A program made the translations under genes and the position numbers. Below the pieces are notes generated by a model that did not search any database, had not been told where the DNA came from, and was given only the letters and a program-made list of their open reading frames with translations. Of a stretch of DNA of 24,039 bases, positions 8,846-18,121 are shown piece by piece. Location of the stretch: the NCBI GenBank assembly GCA_013166835.1, contig JABLTI010000046.1:1-24039 (forward strand). Direction: 5' to 3'. The stretch's first letter is position 1, and every line of letters starts with the position of its first letter. The stretch comes from Promethearchaeati archaeon. Its GTDB lineage: Archaea; Asgardarchaeota; Heimdallarchaeia; JABLTI01.

Positions 8846-9307
8846 ATGGATATCAAGAAGATTAGAGCTGAATTAAAATCCAGAAATAAAGAATCTCGAG
8901 AAGCTGCAGTAGATCAATTAGCTTTTGCTCAAGACCCAGAAACAATCCCAGACTTAATAAGAATTTTAGAGAAGGATCGTGAAGAAAGTGTTAGAAGAAG
9001 AGCTGCTCTTGCACTTGCTAGAATTGGTAGTGAAGAATGTGTAGATGCACTTTATGAAGCAGCAAAAAAAGATTCTGATGATGAAACTAGAAGGAATGCT
9101 TCTATTGCTTTGGGGAATCTTGGTGATGAAAGAGCAATTTTACCACTGTATGAATTCTATACATCACCTAGAAGAGAGACTTTTTCAGATAATTTGGATC
9201 GAGCTAGAGTGCATAAAGTTTTGATTGAACTCTCTGAAAAGAAAGCTCAAAGATCTATAGAAGAGTTAGTGGAATGGAGAAAGGGAAGAATAAAAATTAA
9301 TGATTAG
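8846..9307 (+). CDS. HEAT-repeat (PBS-lyase HEAT-like) protein
   Basis: Repeats SREAAVDQLA, VRRRAALALARIG, TRRNASIALGNLGDERAILPL. Confidence 0.88.
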   Translation: MDIKKIRAELKSRNKESREAAVDQLAFAQDPETIPDLIRILEKDREESVRRRAALALARIGSEECVDALYEAAKKDSDDETRRNASIALGNLGDERAILPLYEFYTSPRRETFSDNLDRARVHKVLIELSEKKAQRSIEELVEWRKGRIKIND

Positions 9308-9312
9308 AAAAA

Positions 9313-10131
9313 TTACTTTGTAGACTTTCTCCCAAAAACTTCAAAGTCATTCAATACTCGCAGAATTTCTTCAAATTTATCTTCAGGAATAATATTGATT
9401 ATTTTCTTAATTTTGTTTTTTGTTATACTAAGGAATATCACTATAATGAGAATCGGAAGTAGGAAAACGAAAATAAAATACCACCAATTTATAATCCAAC
9501 TTAGAACCTCTAAATTCAAGATAAAAGCATACACTCCTAATCCCGTTATGATTATCAGCTCAAAAATTACAGAAGCATTTAGAGTATATTGCCATGCTTT
9601 ATGATTTCTTAATAATGTTCGAAAAGCAGCCGGATCAAAATCAGTTGTCGCTTCTTCTGAAATTTCATGTTTAACACCAAACACTTGTCTCGTATATATT
9701 AGCAAATATTTGATGTCAACTAAGGTCATATTTTCTATCCCACCTTGTTTTCGTGCCCGATTTATGAACCATTTTTTGATTCTATCCCAAGCAGAGATTA
9801 CAGAATGTAAAAACAGGAAATAAATCAAAACAATAACATCAGCAATTAGAAACATATAAGCAAACTGATTCTCTCGTAATCCAAACATAACAATAGCCCA
9901 AATTAAAAAGTACAAAAGTGGAATAAATTCCAAAGAAAAAACTCTCGCATTCCAACCAGTTACAAAACCAAGAATGTATAGGATGCGATGAGAGACGAAC
10001 TTTTCAAGGTCGCTCTCGCCGCTCAAGATGATCGATTTCAATGATTCCTTCACTACTTTCGTAGAGACAGGTATTTTGGCCGATTGTGATTGTTCACCGT
10101 TCAGAGCTATTATGCCTCCCCGACTTGACAA
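9313..10131 (-). CDS. Hypothetical membrane protein (~4 TM in two pairs)
   Basis: 272-aa ORF with two pairs of hydrophobic helices; overlaps the upstream wHTH gene by 22 nt. Confidence 0.7.
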   Translation of the reverse strand: MSSRGGIIALNGEQSQSAKIPVSTKVVKESLKSIILSGESDLEKFVSHRILYILGFVTGWNARVFSLEFIPLLYFLIWAIVMFGLRENQFAYMFLIADVIVLIYFLFLHSVISAWDRIKKWFINRARKQGGIENMTLVDIKYLLIYTRQVFGVKHEISEEATTDFDPAAFRTLLRNHKAWQYTLNASVIFELIIITGLGVYAFILNLEVLSWIINWWYFIFVFLLPILIIVIFLSITKNKIKKIINIIPEDKFEEILRVLNDFEVFGRKSTK

Positions 10132-10640
10132 TATTCAATAATGAAGTCGAGGACTTTTTGTTTTTCTTTCTCATCTAGTTCTCTGATCATGTCCAGTATT
10201 TCCCGGAATGATAATGACATTAAATTCCCAAATACTCCTCTGCTCTCTATTTCCTTTTGTAATTCTTTTGGTAAAGCCTCTTCCTTCACTTTACTTATTT
10301 CATCTTTTCCAATAATATTAACTTTTAGAGTATAAAACTTGGAAGGACCAAATGGTGCGGGAATGTGGTCGACGATTTTATATTTGATCAGAATTTTCAT
10401 AATTTTTGAGATAAATTGTGGTGTTTTGTGAGTTAGCTTGGCAAGTTGAGCTCCTGTTCTTGGATTATCAATCAATAATTCAACCATTTCTTTTTGTGCC
10501 AAAGTTAATATTTTAATAGATTGTAAACCCACCACTGCAACAGTATCCTCATCTATCCTTAATAGCTCTGTTGAGGATTTTTTACGTGCTTCTGTGATGT
10601 TCTTTAGAAAATTATTTATCTCATTTTCAAAGGATTGCAA
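10110..10640 (-). CDS. Winged-helix (MarR/ArsR-like) DNA-binding protein
   Basis: LTLAQKEMVELL..PRTGAQLAKLTHKTPQFISKIMKILIKYKIV...KFYTL; GGAG SD upstream of the TTG start. Confidence 0.75.
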   Translation of the reverse strand: MQSFENEINNFLKNITEARKKSSTELLRIDEDTVAVVGLQSIKILTLAQKEMVELLIDNPRTGAQLAKLTHKTPQFISKIMKILIKYKIVDHIPAPFGPSKFYTLKVNIIGKDEISKVKEEALPKELQKEIESRGVFGNLMSLSFREILDMIRELDEKEKQKVLDFIIEYCQVGEA

Positions 10641-10764
10641 TTGACTCTACTCCTAATGTACGTAAGTAGATACTACTAAACTAACGGGGTTGATATTATT
10701 TATAAGTTTTGGGTCGATTGTTAAAACTTTAAATTTATAATAAAGAGCTCCAAGAAATGATAAA

Positions 10765-13092
10765 TTATTGATATCTTGGTCTTTTAACATAAACAACAGC
10801 AACAGTCATAATTATACCTATAATAAATCCTACAATTACAACTTGATTAATAGGATTACTAAATATTGTTTCAAGTAAAGCCGGAAGAACATTCAAAACT
10901 AGAGCTGAAATCTGCTGAGGTGTTTCGATAGCAAAGGCATTTGTAACTGGCGAAATATCTTCTCGATAATTAAAAGGAATACAGCTGGGGAAGAAGCCAG
11001 TTTTATCATTCAAATCTATTGAATCTTCATGTAGATTTTCACTAAAGAATGTTTTAACTATAGCATCTTTGCCTTCACAAATGGCAGAGAGTTGGTATTG
11101 GTTATCTTCAAGAAAATCATCTTGGAATATCAACATGGATTGAATCAATGGTTCAAGTAAGTCTTTATTATTTGTTAGTTGGAAAAGGTCGTTTAACAGA
11201 AATAGATAATCCCATTGGTAAATCTTTGAACGTCCTAAACAAGTATAAACATCATAGTGATACAACCAACCAGGAATTTCATCAGACAACAAACCGCTTT
11301 GAGTCAAATCGACTGTGATAGAAATATCACTTATTGCATAAAGATGACTGCCGCCAACATCTCGTATATTATTACCTATAATTGAATTCTTTGAAATCCC
11401 AAAAGTGGAGTGATCTATATTATCAAGTAATAAATTAGCTAATGAATCCAAGACGCTATCAACACGATCCTTTAAGTAGCTCATATCATCACTTTGTGTA
11501 TAAGTAGCAAGATCTCTTTTCACTTGTAATAAAAATTCCATAACAAACATTGAACCTTTGAATCTTCTCAAACCTTCTGGCAAGATTTCTGGTAAAACAA
11601 GATCAGCATCATTTATTAGAGGATCAGCAAGAAGTGCAACGTCTAAAGAAGTCCCGAAATATGGACTGAACACAAAACCGCTATCCTCTCTTTGGCTATT
11701 TATGATTTCATTAACAAGACTAAAAGCATTTCTTTCTTCAATTTGAAGTGTTGAATCTCTCACAAATGAATGAGAGAGTAATTTATATACGTCTATGAGA
11801 CCAGGGATATCTCCAGCACCTTGAAAAGTTCTCATATTAGTTATTTTTAGAGGGGCTGTTTCCGTTTGATATTGAATTAAATCAGTTTCCGAATCTTGCT
11901 TGTCGACAAAATACTTCTGCCACATATAGGTATAACCAGAATATTTCTGGTCTAATGGAGTCCAAGAAACACCAGTATATGGATCAAAAACATAAACAAC
12001 CGAATCAAAAATCATTCCAATATGCAAAGCGTAATTACTGGTTATTTTTTGTGTTATTTCGGATAAGATTGGATCAGTTACTTGAAATAAGTTGTAACTG
12101 CTTGGATTCCAAGCAAAGGAGTTAGGTGAAGAGAGTTTCTTGATGTACATTAAGTATTCTGAAGCTATTTGAGGAGAAGTATAAATGTAATTTTGGAAGT
12201 CAAGATAATCATCTGTGAAAATATCTGTTGTAACAAAACTCTCATTATTAGACATTTGTTTGAAAGAATTCCAACTAATCCATTTATTGTAATTAGTATC
12301 AATAAGCGAATCGCCTATTCCCGCGACAGCGAATTTTGGCTCATGAAGAGCATATCTATTAATTGCATTCCACCAATTATTTACTGCTTCTGATATAAGT
12401 GAAATTGATGCGGATTCATAATAGGTGAAATATGGCATAAATTCTACTGCTTTTAATATCTTAGAACCTAGAACCATCGTATCACATAATAAGGAAATAC
12501 GGTCATTGACAAAATCGTTATCCAATGGTCTTACGAATTTATTCCAAAATGCGCTGAAACCATTTTCATCAGGAGTCATTGAATTCAGAATATGAATTAT
12601 TTGATCATTAGTTGCTACATTGTAGTATAACCAATTCACAATTTTTTCAGTCATAAAAATCCATTGTCTGTTGAACAGATATTCTTCTTGTTGGCTTCCT
12701 ACAAATTCTAGAGCAATGTTTACATTATTTTTGAGAATTAAATATTGTATTTCAATATCGTGAGATAAACCTTCTAACCAAATTTGAAAATCTAACTCCT
12801 GTAAACCCTCGTCTCCATTTGTTATATCGCCAAGATCTCCATAACGAGAGAGATTGAATGGATTTTGATAATTCCAGAGAAAGATCCCTTCTTTTTCATT
12901 AAAAAGGGATGAGATACTTGATGTTGCGGTTTTTATTTGTTCAATTATTTCCTCATTTGAGGAATCATCAAAAGAGTATGTGAATGAATAACTTTGAGGT
13001 ATAGAGGTACCTAATAATTGAGCTACAAAAATAACTGCTACAAGAAAGAAATTACCCATCATTCTTTTTCTTGAAATGATAAGTTTAGGCAT
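10765..13092 (-). CDS. Large secreted, C-terminally membrane-anchored hypothetical protein (775 aa)
   Basis: N-terminal basic plus hydrophobic signal, large acidic/aromatic ectodomain, C-terminal TM (VVIVGFIIGIIMTVAVVYV) followed by KRPR; GAGGT SD. Confidence 0.75.
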   Translation of the reverse strand: MPKLIISRKRMMGNFFLVAVIFVAQLLGTSIPQSYSFTYSFDDSSNEEIIEQIKTATSSISSLFNEKEGIFLWNYQNPFNLSRYGDLGDITNGDEGLQELDFQIWLEGLSHDIEIQYLILKNNVNIALEFVGSQQEEYLFNRQWIFMTEKIVNWLYYNVATNDQIIHILNSMTPDENGFSAFWNKFVRPLDNDFVNDRISLLCDTMVLGSKILKAVEFMPYFTYYESASISLISEAVNNWWNAINRYALHEPKFAVAGIGDSLIDTNYNKWISWNSFKQMSNNESFVTTDIFTDDYLDFQNYIYTSPQIASEYLMYIKKLSSPNSFAWNPSSYNLFQVTDPILSEITQKITSNYALHIGMIFDSVVYVFDPYTGVSWTPLDQKYSGYTYMWQKYFVDKQDSETDLIQYQTETAPLKITNMRTFQGAGDIPGLIDVYKLLSHSFVRDSTLQIEERNAFSLVNEIINSQREDSGFVFSPYFGTSLDVALLADPLINDADLVLPEILPEGLRRFKGSMFVMEFLLQVKRDLATYTQSDDMSYLKDRVDSVLDSLANLLLDNIDHSTFGISKNSIIGNNIRDVGGSHLYAISDISITVDLTQSGLLSDEIPGWLYHYDVYTCLGRSKIYQWDYLFLLNDLFQLTNNKDLLEPLIQSMLIFQDDFLEDNQYQLSAICEGKDAIVKTFFSENLHEDSIDLNDKTGFFPSCIPFNYREDISPVTNAFAIETPQQISALVLNVLPALLETIFSNPINQVVIVGFIIGIIMTVAVVYVKRPRYQ

Positions 13093-13287
13093 AGTCAGGT
13101 ACCTCTTCTAAACTAGTCCATATGACTAGCAATATTCTCAAATTAGATGTTTTTACGTTAACGTATTGTGTAATTATATCAAAACTACTTAATAACTTAT
13201 TTGTTCACTATTTTAATCATTAAAAAAAGATTAAATCTTAAGACATATTCAAATTTTATGGAAAAATCTATTCATATTTTTAATAGC

Positions 13288-13324
13288 AAAAAAAAGGTAT
13301 CCAGAAAAAATAGACCCTGGATAC
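13288..13324 (-). terminator. Hairpin plus U-tract terminator of the 13348-13956 gene
   Basis: GTATCCAG (13297-13304) / CTGGATAC (13317-13324), followed on the - strand by T8 (13288-13295). Confidence 0.65.
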
Positions 13325-13347
13325 TTTCATTATAAGAATCAATAAAT

Positions 13348-13956
13348 TTATTTCTTCTTTGAAACTAAAGGATTGCTATCTCGACCTTCACCATGAATTT
13401 CAACGAGACCAGCACGTTCAAGTTCTTCAAGCCATTTCTTTGCTTGGGCAGGAGAAACTCCAGCTTTCATTGAAACTTGATTTAAGCGCATTTCACCAAA
13501 TTCTGTTAAATCTTTTAGGATTACAAATCGAGGTTCATTCTCTGCAATTTTTTGGAAGGCACGTATTTCTTCTTCTAATTTCTTGTATTCTTTCTGCAAG
13601 TCTTCAATTTTTTTCTTGGCAATGCTTAAATCTTCAACAGAACCTTCAAGTCTAGTGATTTCAAGTTCTCTTTGAGATAAACGATGTTCAAGGTCTTTTA
13701 TTGCTTCTTTACTCTTTGAATCTGTGGATCTAAGTTCATTAAGTTCTTCTTCAAATTTACCGATTTTCTCATCGCGATTTGCTACATCGGTTTCTAGTTT
13801 CATGATTTTATCATTTAATGAATCCATTTCAACCAAGTTTTTCTTAGCGGATTCTAATTCCTTCTCTAAATCAGCGATTTTTTGTACTGGGTCAATATTT
13901 GGTTCGGGTTCTTCCATTTCTACATCAGGTGTTTTTGGTGGTTCATCTTCGGACAT
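13348..13956 (-). CDS. Coiled-coil protein with C-terminal winged-helix domain
   Basis: Pro/acidic N-terminus, ~115-aa heptad coiled coil, then FVILKDLTEFGEMRLNQVSMKAGVSPAQAKKWLEELERAGLVEI; GGAGGT SD. Confidence 0.78.
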   Translation of the reverse strand: MSEDEPPKTPDVEMEEPEPNIDPVQKIADLEKELESAKKNLVEMDSLNDKIMKLETDVANRDEKIGKFEEELNELRSTDSKSKEAIKDLEHRLSQRELEITRLEGSVEDLSIAKKKIEDLQKEYKKLEEEIRAFQKIAENEPRFVILKDLTEFGEMRLNQVSMKAGVSPAQAKKWLEELERAGLVEIHGEGRDSNPLVSKKK

Positions 13957-14150
13957 ACGTCTGAGACCTCCTTATCATTCAACAATTGCCGAATTTAATT
14001 CAAAACAATTGAGAATAGGATTTTCAATTATCTAATATTACTACTTTAGATTTGATTTAAAATTATTTGGATATCGTCACAAGCGAAGTAATTCAGAAAA
14101 AATAATCTTTCAATGTAAAATTGAAAAAAGAATAAAATATATTTTTCACA

Positions 14151-14576
14151 CTAGCCAGAGAAAGAACTGATCACATTATCTACAACATAATCTATCATAT
14201 CAAGGTTAGCGGAGTCATGTGTTAGAATGTTTCCCAAGCCAATTGTAAGAGTATCACCTAGTTCTTCTAATAAATCATAAATTGCAGATTTCTCTGTGTA
14301 TTTACTTCTTGCTATCAAATACCAATTATTATCAGGGTTAGTATACATGACGATTATCGAGGCTTGATTTTTACTTTGGATAATGAAGACATTATCATTA
14401 TAAATAGAATAGAACATTTGATTTAAAGCTACCATCAACCCAGCAAAGAGAACATCGGTTTCCCATTTTTCTTGGTGCCCTCTATTCGGTGACCATAATA
14501 ATTCGCCTGAATCCAAAGCTAAAACTGTAGTATCTAGAATAGTATTCGTTAAATCACTTTGATCATTATCGCTCAA
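14151..14576 (-). CDS. Longin-like domain protein
   Basis: Beta-hairpin VLALDSGELLWS, helix LFAGLMVALNQMF, three strands, helix IYDLLEELG: the pattern of Asgard stand-alone longin proteins (recognised by eye). Confidence 0.62.
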   Translation of the reverse strand: MSDNDQSDLTNTILDTTVLALDSGELLWSPNRGHQEKWETDVLFAGLMVALNQMFYSIYNDNVFIIQSKNQASIIVMYTNPDNNWYLIARSKYTEKSAIYDLLEELGDTLTIGLGNILTHDSANLDMIDYVVDNVISSFSG

Positions 14577-14670
14577 ATGTTAAACCTTCTAACACTTCCA
14601 ATAAAACCTCGAATATATATTCTTTGGTTATAAAGTGATATTGCTTTTGTTGAAAAAATTGCTAGATAAA

Positions 14671-14699
14671 AGAAAAAAAGAAAGAGAATTGCTTCTCTT
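14671..14699 (-). terminator. Hairpin plus T-rich terminator of the 14701-15144 gene
   Basis: AAGAGAA-TTGC-TTCTCTT (14682-14699) right after the stop, followed by a T-rich run on the - strand. Confidence 0.5.
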
Positions 14700-14700
14700 C

Positions 14701-15144
14701 TTAGATTGGAACGAAGATTACAATTGGATGACCAAATGCATTAGAAATGTAGTAAACTGCAAAAGCGATAGCTAATATGAGGAATAGTGATATCAAAGTA
14801 ATCCAAATTGACCATTGCCAGTATTTGTCTCCTGTAGCAGCATGTGGTAATACAGCAGGAACTGTAAGTAAATATCTTATTACTAAAATAAAACCGACAG
14901 TAAGGAAGACATAGAACATAGATGAGATTGTAACTATAGATGCTAAAGCTGCCAAAGCTGCTGCAACTGCTTCAACAGCAACAACAAGAATTAATGAAAC
15001 AAAGAAGAGTCGCAAGAAATAGCCACCATCCAGTTTTTTCCTTCCACAAATTAGTCTCACACTTAAGTATAATACTAATGTGAGTATGAGAAGGGTAATG
15101 ACCATAATTAGCCACCATTCCCATGATGTAAAGTTAAATGCCAA
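14701..15144 (-). CDS. Hypothetical 4-TM membrane protein
   Basis: 147 aa, four hydrophobic helices; GGTGA SD before the TTG start. Confidence 0.75.
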   Translation of the reverse strand: MAFNFTSWEWWLIMVITLLILTLVLYLSVRLICGRKKLDGGYFLRLFFVSLILVVAVEAVAAALAALASIVTISSMFYVFLTVGFILVIRYLLTVPAVLPHAATGDKYWQWSIWITLISLFLILAIAFAVYYISNAFGHPIVIFVPI

Positions 15145-15299
15145 ATAGTTTCACCGAAAGTAAAGAAGGTATTATTATTTTTGTATTTTGTGTTTGAGGA
15201 CATACAAGTGTCGATAAAAACTCATTTGTAGGTTTTTAAGAAAAATCAGAAAGTGTAGGGTAGAGCAATAACGCTTCAATCGCTATGAAGTGAATTATT

Positions 15300-16640
15300 T
15301 TGAAGGAATTTAAGACAGAGGATATTGATAAGAAGCAGTCTAATTCACTTCTCTCAAGAAGATTGTTAAAATTATATTTAACAACAGGATTATTCAGTTT
15401 TGGTTATAACTTTGTAACAACGGTTGAGTATGTAAATTTTAGACAAATAATGGGACAGATAGGGTTTACTAGTTCGACGAAAATTTCTATTCTTCTTATG
15501 TGTTCTCTCTTTGCTTTATGCTTTGGAGTAATCATTGGAGGAACGATTAGTGATTCATTGAGAACTAAATTCGGACAACGAGCTCCCTTGATTTTACTTG
15601 GAGGATTAGCTGGTTCGTTTTTGTTCTTGTTAATACCATTAATAACGCAACTGGCAAGTGAGTCGAATGTGAAATTTGGTTTTTTGATGTTACTCTTTAT
15701 TCCAGCCCATATTTTTATTGGAATTGCTTTTGCACCCTGGTTGGCTTTAGTTTCTGATCTTTTCAGAAAAGAAGAAAGAACTGGTGCAGGTGTAGCTATT
15801 AATATTCTCAGTGCTGTTGGTGCAGCTATTGCGGTCATTATTTTTTCTAAATTACTTGTCTCTGATTTATCCTGGATAATATGGATTATTACTGGACTAG
15901 TTTTTGGTATTTCAGTTATTTTTACAGTTATATTAATGCCAAAAAGAAATCCAGATTATGAGTCAAAAGGACAAAAACGAGACATTTTGAAAATCCCAAC
16001 AATAATCTGGAGATATGGAGGTAAAACATGGATTCTTTTACTGTTGACTAGTTCTTTATGGGCATTCAGTTCACATCTTGTAGAGACAGGAATTGTTGAT
16101 TCACTGATAGAACGATTCAATATATTAGATACTAAAGCATCTTTTACTAGTAATATAATGATGGGAGTCTACATAGTAGTGTTACTTGTTCCTATCATCT
16201 TAATAATAAAAAGAATTGGTAAGGTTAAGGCAAGTATTCTTGCGAGCCTTTTTTATGGAATATTTTGTCTAATGTTGGCTACAATGGTTCAATTCAAATC
16301 AATTTACTACATCGTGATAATTGGTGGATTAGGAAATATCATGTTAAGTACACTACAAATTGCCTTACCTGCAGATATTGTGCCAAAAGGACGAGAAGCA
16401 AGTTTCATGGGGGTATTTTTCGTTTTTGGATCAATCACGAAACCATTTGCAACATTAATCCAAGGAATTATTTTAGAAGGGAACGAAAAAAGCATTTCTC
16501 TAAGTTATTTTGGAGGTTACCCATGGGTATTCCTGATTGCTGGTATTTGCTGTTTTTGTTCGATAATTCTACTCCTTTTCGTTTTAAAAATCAAAAAACC
16601 AGAATTAACAGATAAAGAGAAAATCACAATAGTTATGTGA
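15300..16640 (+). CDS. MFS transporter (GPH/SLC45-like)
   Basis: About 12 TM; GGTISDSLRTKFGQRAP, ALVSDLF...ERT, PADIVPKGREA. Confidence 0.9.
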   Translation: MKEFKTEDIDKKQSNSLLSRRLLKLYLTTGLFSFGYNFVTTVEYVNFRQIMGQIGFTSSTKISILLMCSLFALCFGVIIGGTISDSLRTKFGQRAPLILLGGLAGSFLFLLIPLITQLASESNVKFGFLMLLFIPAHIFIGIAFAPWLALVSDLFRKEERTGAGVAINILSAVGAAIAVIIFSKLLVSDLSWIIWIITGLVFGISVIFTVILMPKRNPDYESKGQKRDILKIPTIIWRYGGKTWILLLLTSSLWAFSSHLVETGIVDSLIERFNILDTKASFTSNIMMGVYIVVLLVPIILIIKRIGKVKASILASLFYGIFCLMLATMVQFKSIYYIVIIGGLGNIMLSTLQIALPADIVPKGREASFMGVFFVFGSITKPFATLIQGIILEGNEKSISLSYFGGYPWVFLIAGICCFCSIILLLFVLKIKKPELTDKEKITIVM

Positions 16641-16663
16641 AATAAAATAAGAAAGAAAAAATA

Positions 16664-16680
16664 TGAGGTAAATTACCTCA
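16664..16680. terminator. Perfect inverted repeat between convergent MFS and oppF-like genes
   Basis: TGAGGTAA-A-TTACCTCA; T-rich run follows on the - strand. Confidence 0.5.
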
Positions 16681-16687
16681 ATCTCTT

Positions 16688-17782
16688 TTATTTGGTTGTT
16701 ACATGGTGACACTCAACAAAGTGAGTGGGAGATATTTGTATTCTTGGTGGTTCTTCCTGTGTGCAAATTGAAGTAGCAATAGGACACCTTGGATGGAAGT
16801 TACATCCTGGGGGTGGAGCTACAGGTGATGGAGGATCACCTTCAAGGAAAATTCTTTCGGGCTTTACAGTAGGATCAGGTATTGGAATAGCAGAAATTAA
16901 CGCACGTGTATATGGGTGTCGCATGTCTTCAAAGACCTCTTCTACAGTACCAACCTCTACAAGTCTACCAAGATACATAACACAAACAATGTCAGAAATC
17001 ATACGAATTACAGACAAGTCATGCGCAATGAAAATATAAGCTAAATTAAATTCACGTTGCAAATCCCTAAGTAACATTAAAACTGCAGCTCTTACAGATA
17101 CATCGAGAGCTGATACTGGTTCGTCAAGAATAACAAATCGTGGGTTTAAGGCTAATGCTCGTGCAATGCCTACACGTTGTTTCTGACCACCAGAGAACTC
17201 GTGTGGGAACCTAAAAGCGTGGTGAATCATTAAACCTACTTTTTCCATTAATTCAATTGTACGGATTTTTAATTCATCGCCAGAGGCAACATCATGAATT
17301 AGTAATGGTTCTGAAATAATGTCAAAAGCAGTCATTCTAGGATTCAAAGAAGCAGAGGGATCCTGAAAAACAATTTGCATTTGTCTTCTCATTTCTCGTA
17401 GTTCTTTTTTGTCCAAAGATATTAGGTCAATCATTTCTTCATTTTCATTTCTGAAGAAAACATGTCCTGATGTTGGTTCTAATAAGAGAAGAATTGCTCT
17501 AGCTGCTGTTGATTTTCCACAGCCAGATTCGCCAACAATACCAACAGTTTCACCTTTTCTTACATTAAATGATATGCCGTCTACTGCTTTCAAGAAAATA
17601 GGAGTACGATTAAAAACAATTCCGCCACCAGCTACAAGAAAGTGTTTCTTTAAATTTCTTACAGCTACTAACAGATCGGGATCATCAGGTATTTCATATA
17701 TTTCGTCTTCCACATCTACTTTTGGAGCTCGATAAATACCCATTCTTTGCTTTACTCGGTCCCAGAATGAAAATTCACTCAT
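16688..17782 (-). CDS. oppF: Oligopeptide/dipeptide ABC transporter ATP-binding protein (OppF/AppF)
   Basis: Walker A GESGCGKS, QIVFQDP..SLNPR, FSGGQKQR, LDEPVSALD, HDL, HPYT and C-terminal Cys cluster GCNFHPRC..C..VECH. Frame open from GTG 17791. Confidence 0.93.
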   Translation of the reverse strand: MSEFSFWDRVKQRMGIYRAPKVDVEDEIYEIPDDPDLLVAVRNLKKHFLVAGGGIVFNRTPIFLKAVDGISFNVRKGETVGIVGESGCGKSTAARAILLLLEPTSGHVFFRNENEEMIDLISLDKKELREMRRQMQIVFQDPSASLNPRMTAFDIISEPLLIHDVASGDELKIRTIELMEKVGLMIHHAFRFPHEFSGGQKQRVGIARALALNPRFVILDEPVSALDVSVRAAVLMLLRDLQREFNLAYIFIAHDLSVIRMISDIVCVMYLGRLVEVGTVEEVFEDMRHPYTRALISAIPIPDPTVKPERIFLEGDPPSPVAPPPGCNFHPRCPIATSICTQEEPPRIQISPTHFVECHHVTTK

Positions 17783-18121
17783 TTTGATCACTCTTTACTT
17801 TTGCTACTGAACTAAAGCTACATTATCTAACTTCTATATATAGTTTAACATGATGCATCAATATGTGTTCTCATAGTCGATTTCTATTGTTAAACAACAC
17901 TCATTCACAAAAATAGTTTATAACATTTCTGTTCATTGTGTTTTTTCCTTTTTATGTAAAGAAAAGATTATATTTAGGGGGTTTTGAAAATAAAAAGTAT
18001 TAAATTACTATCTATCCTTAGTATCCTTAGAAAAATTTTTGCTTTCAATAAATGTATAGTCGTTTATTAAGGTTTAAATTGTTGTTTGGTTTAAATTACT
18101 GTAGAGGAGAAATCGAATACT

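Noticed and set aside
13348-13956. ESCRT-III or Vps25 subunit
   Set aside because: Continuous coiled coil plus a single wHTH does not match Snf7 helical organisation or the Vps25 PPxY/tandem-WH layout.
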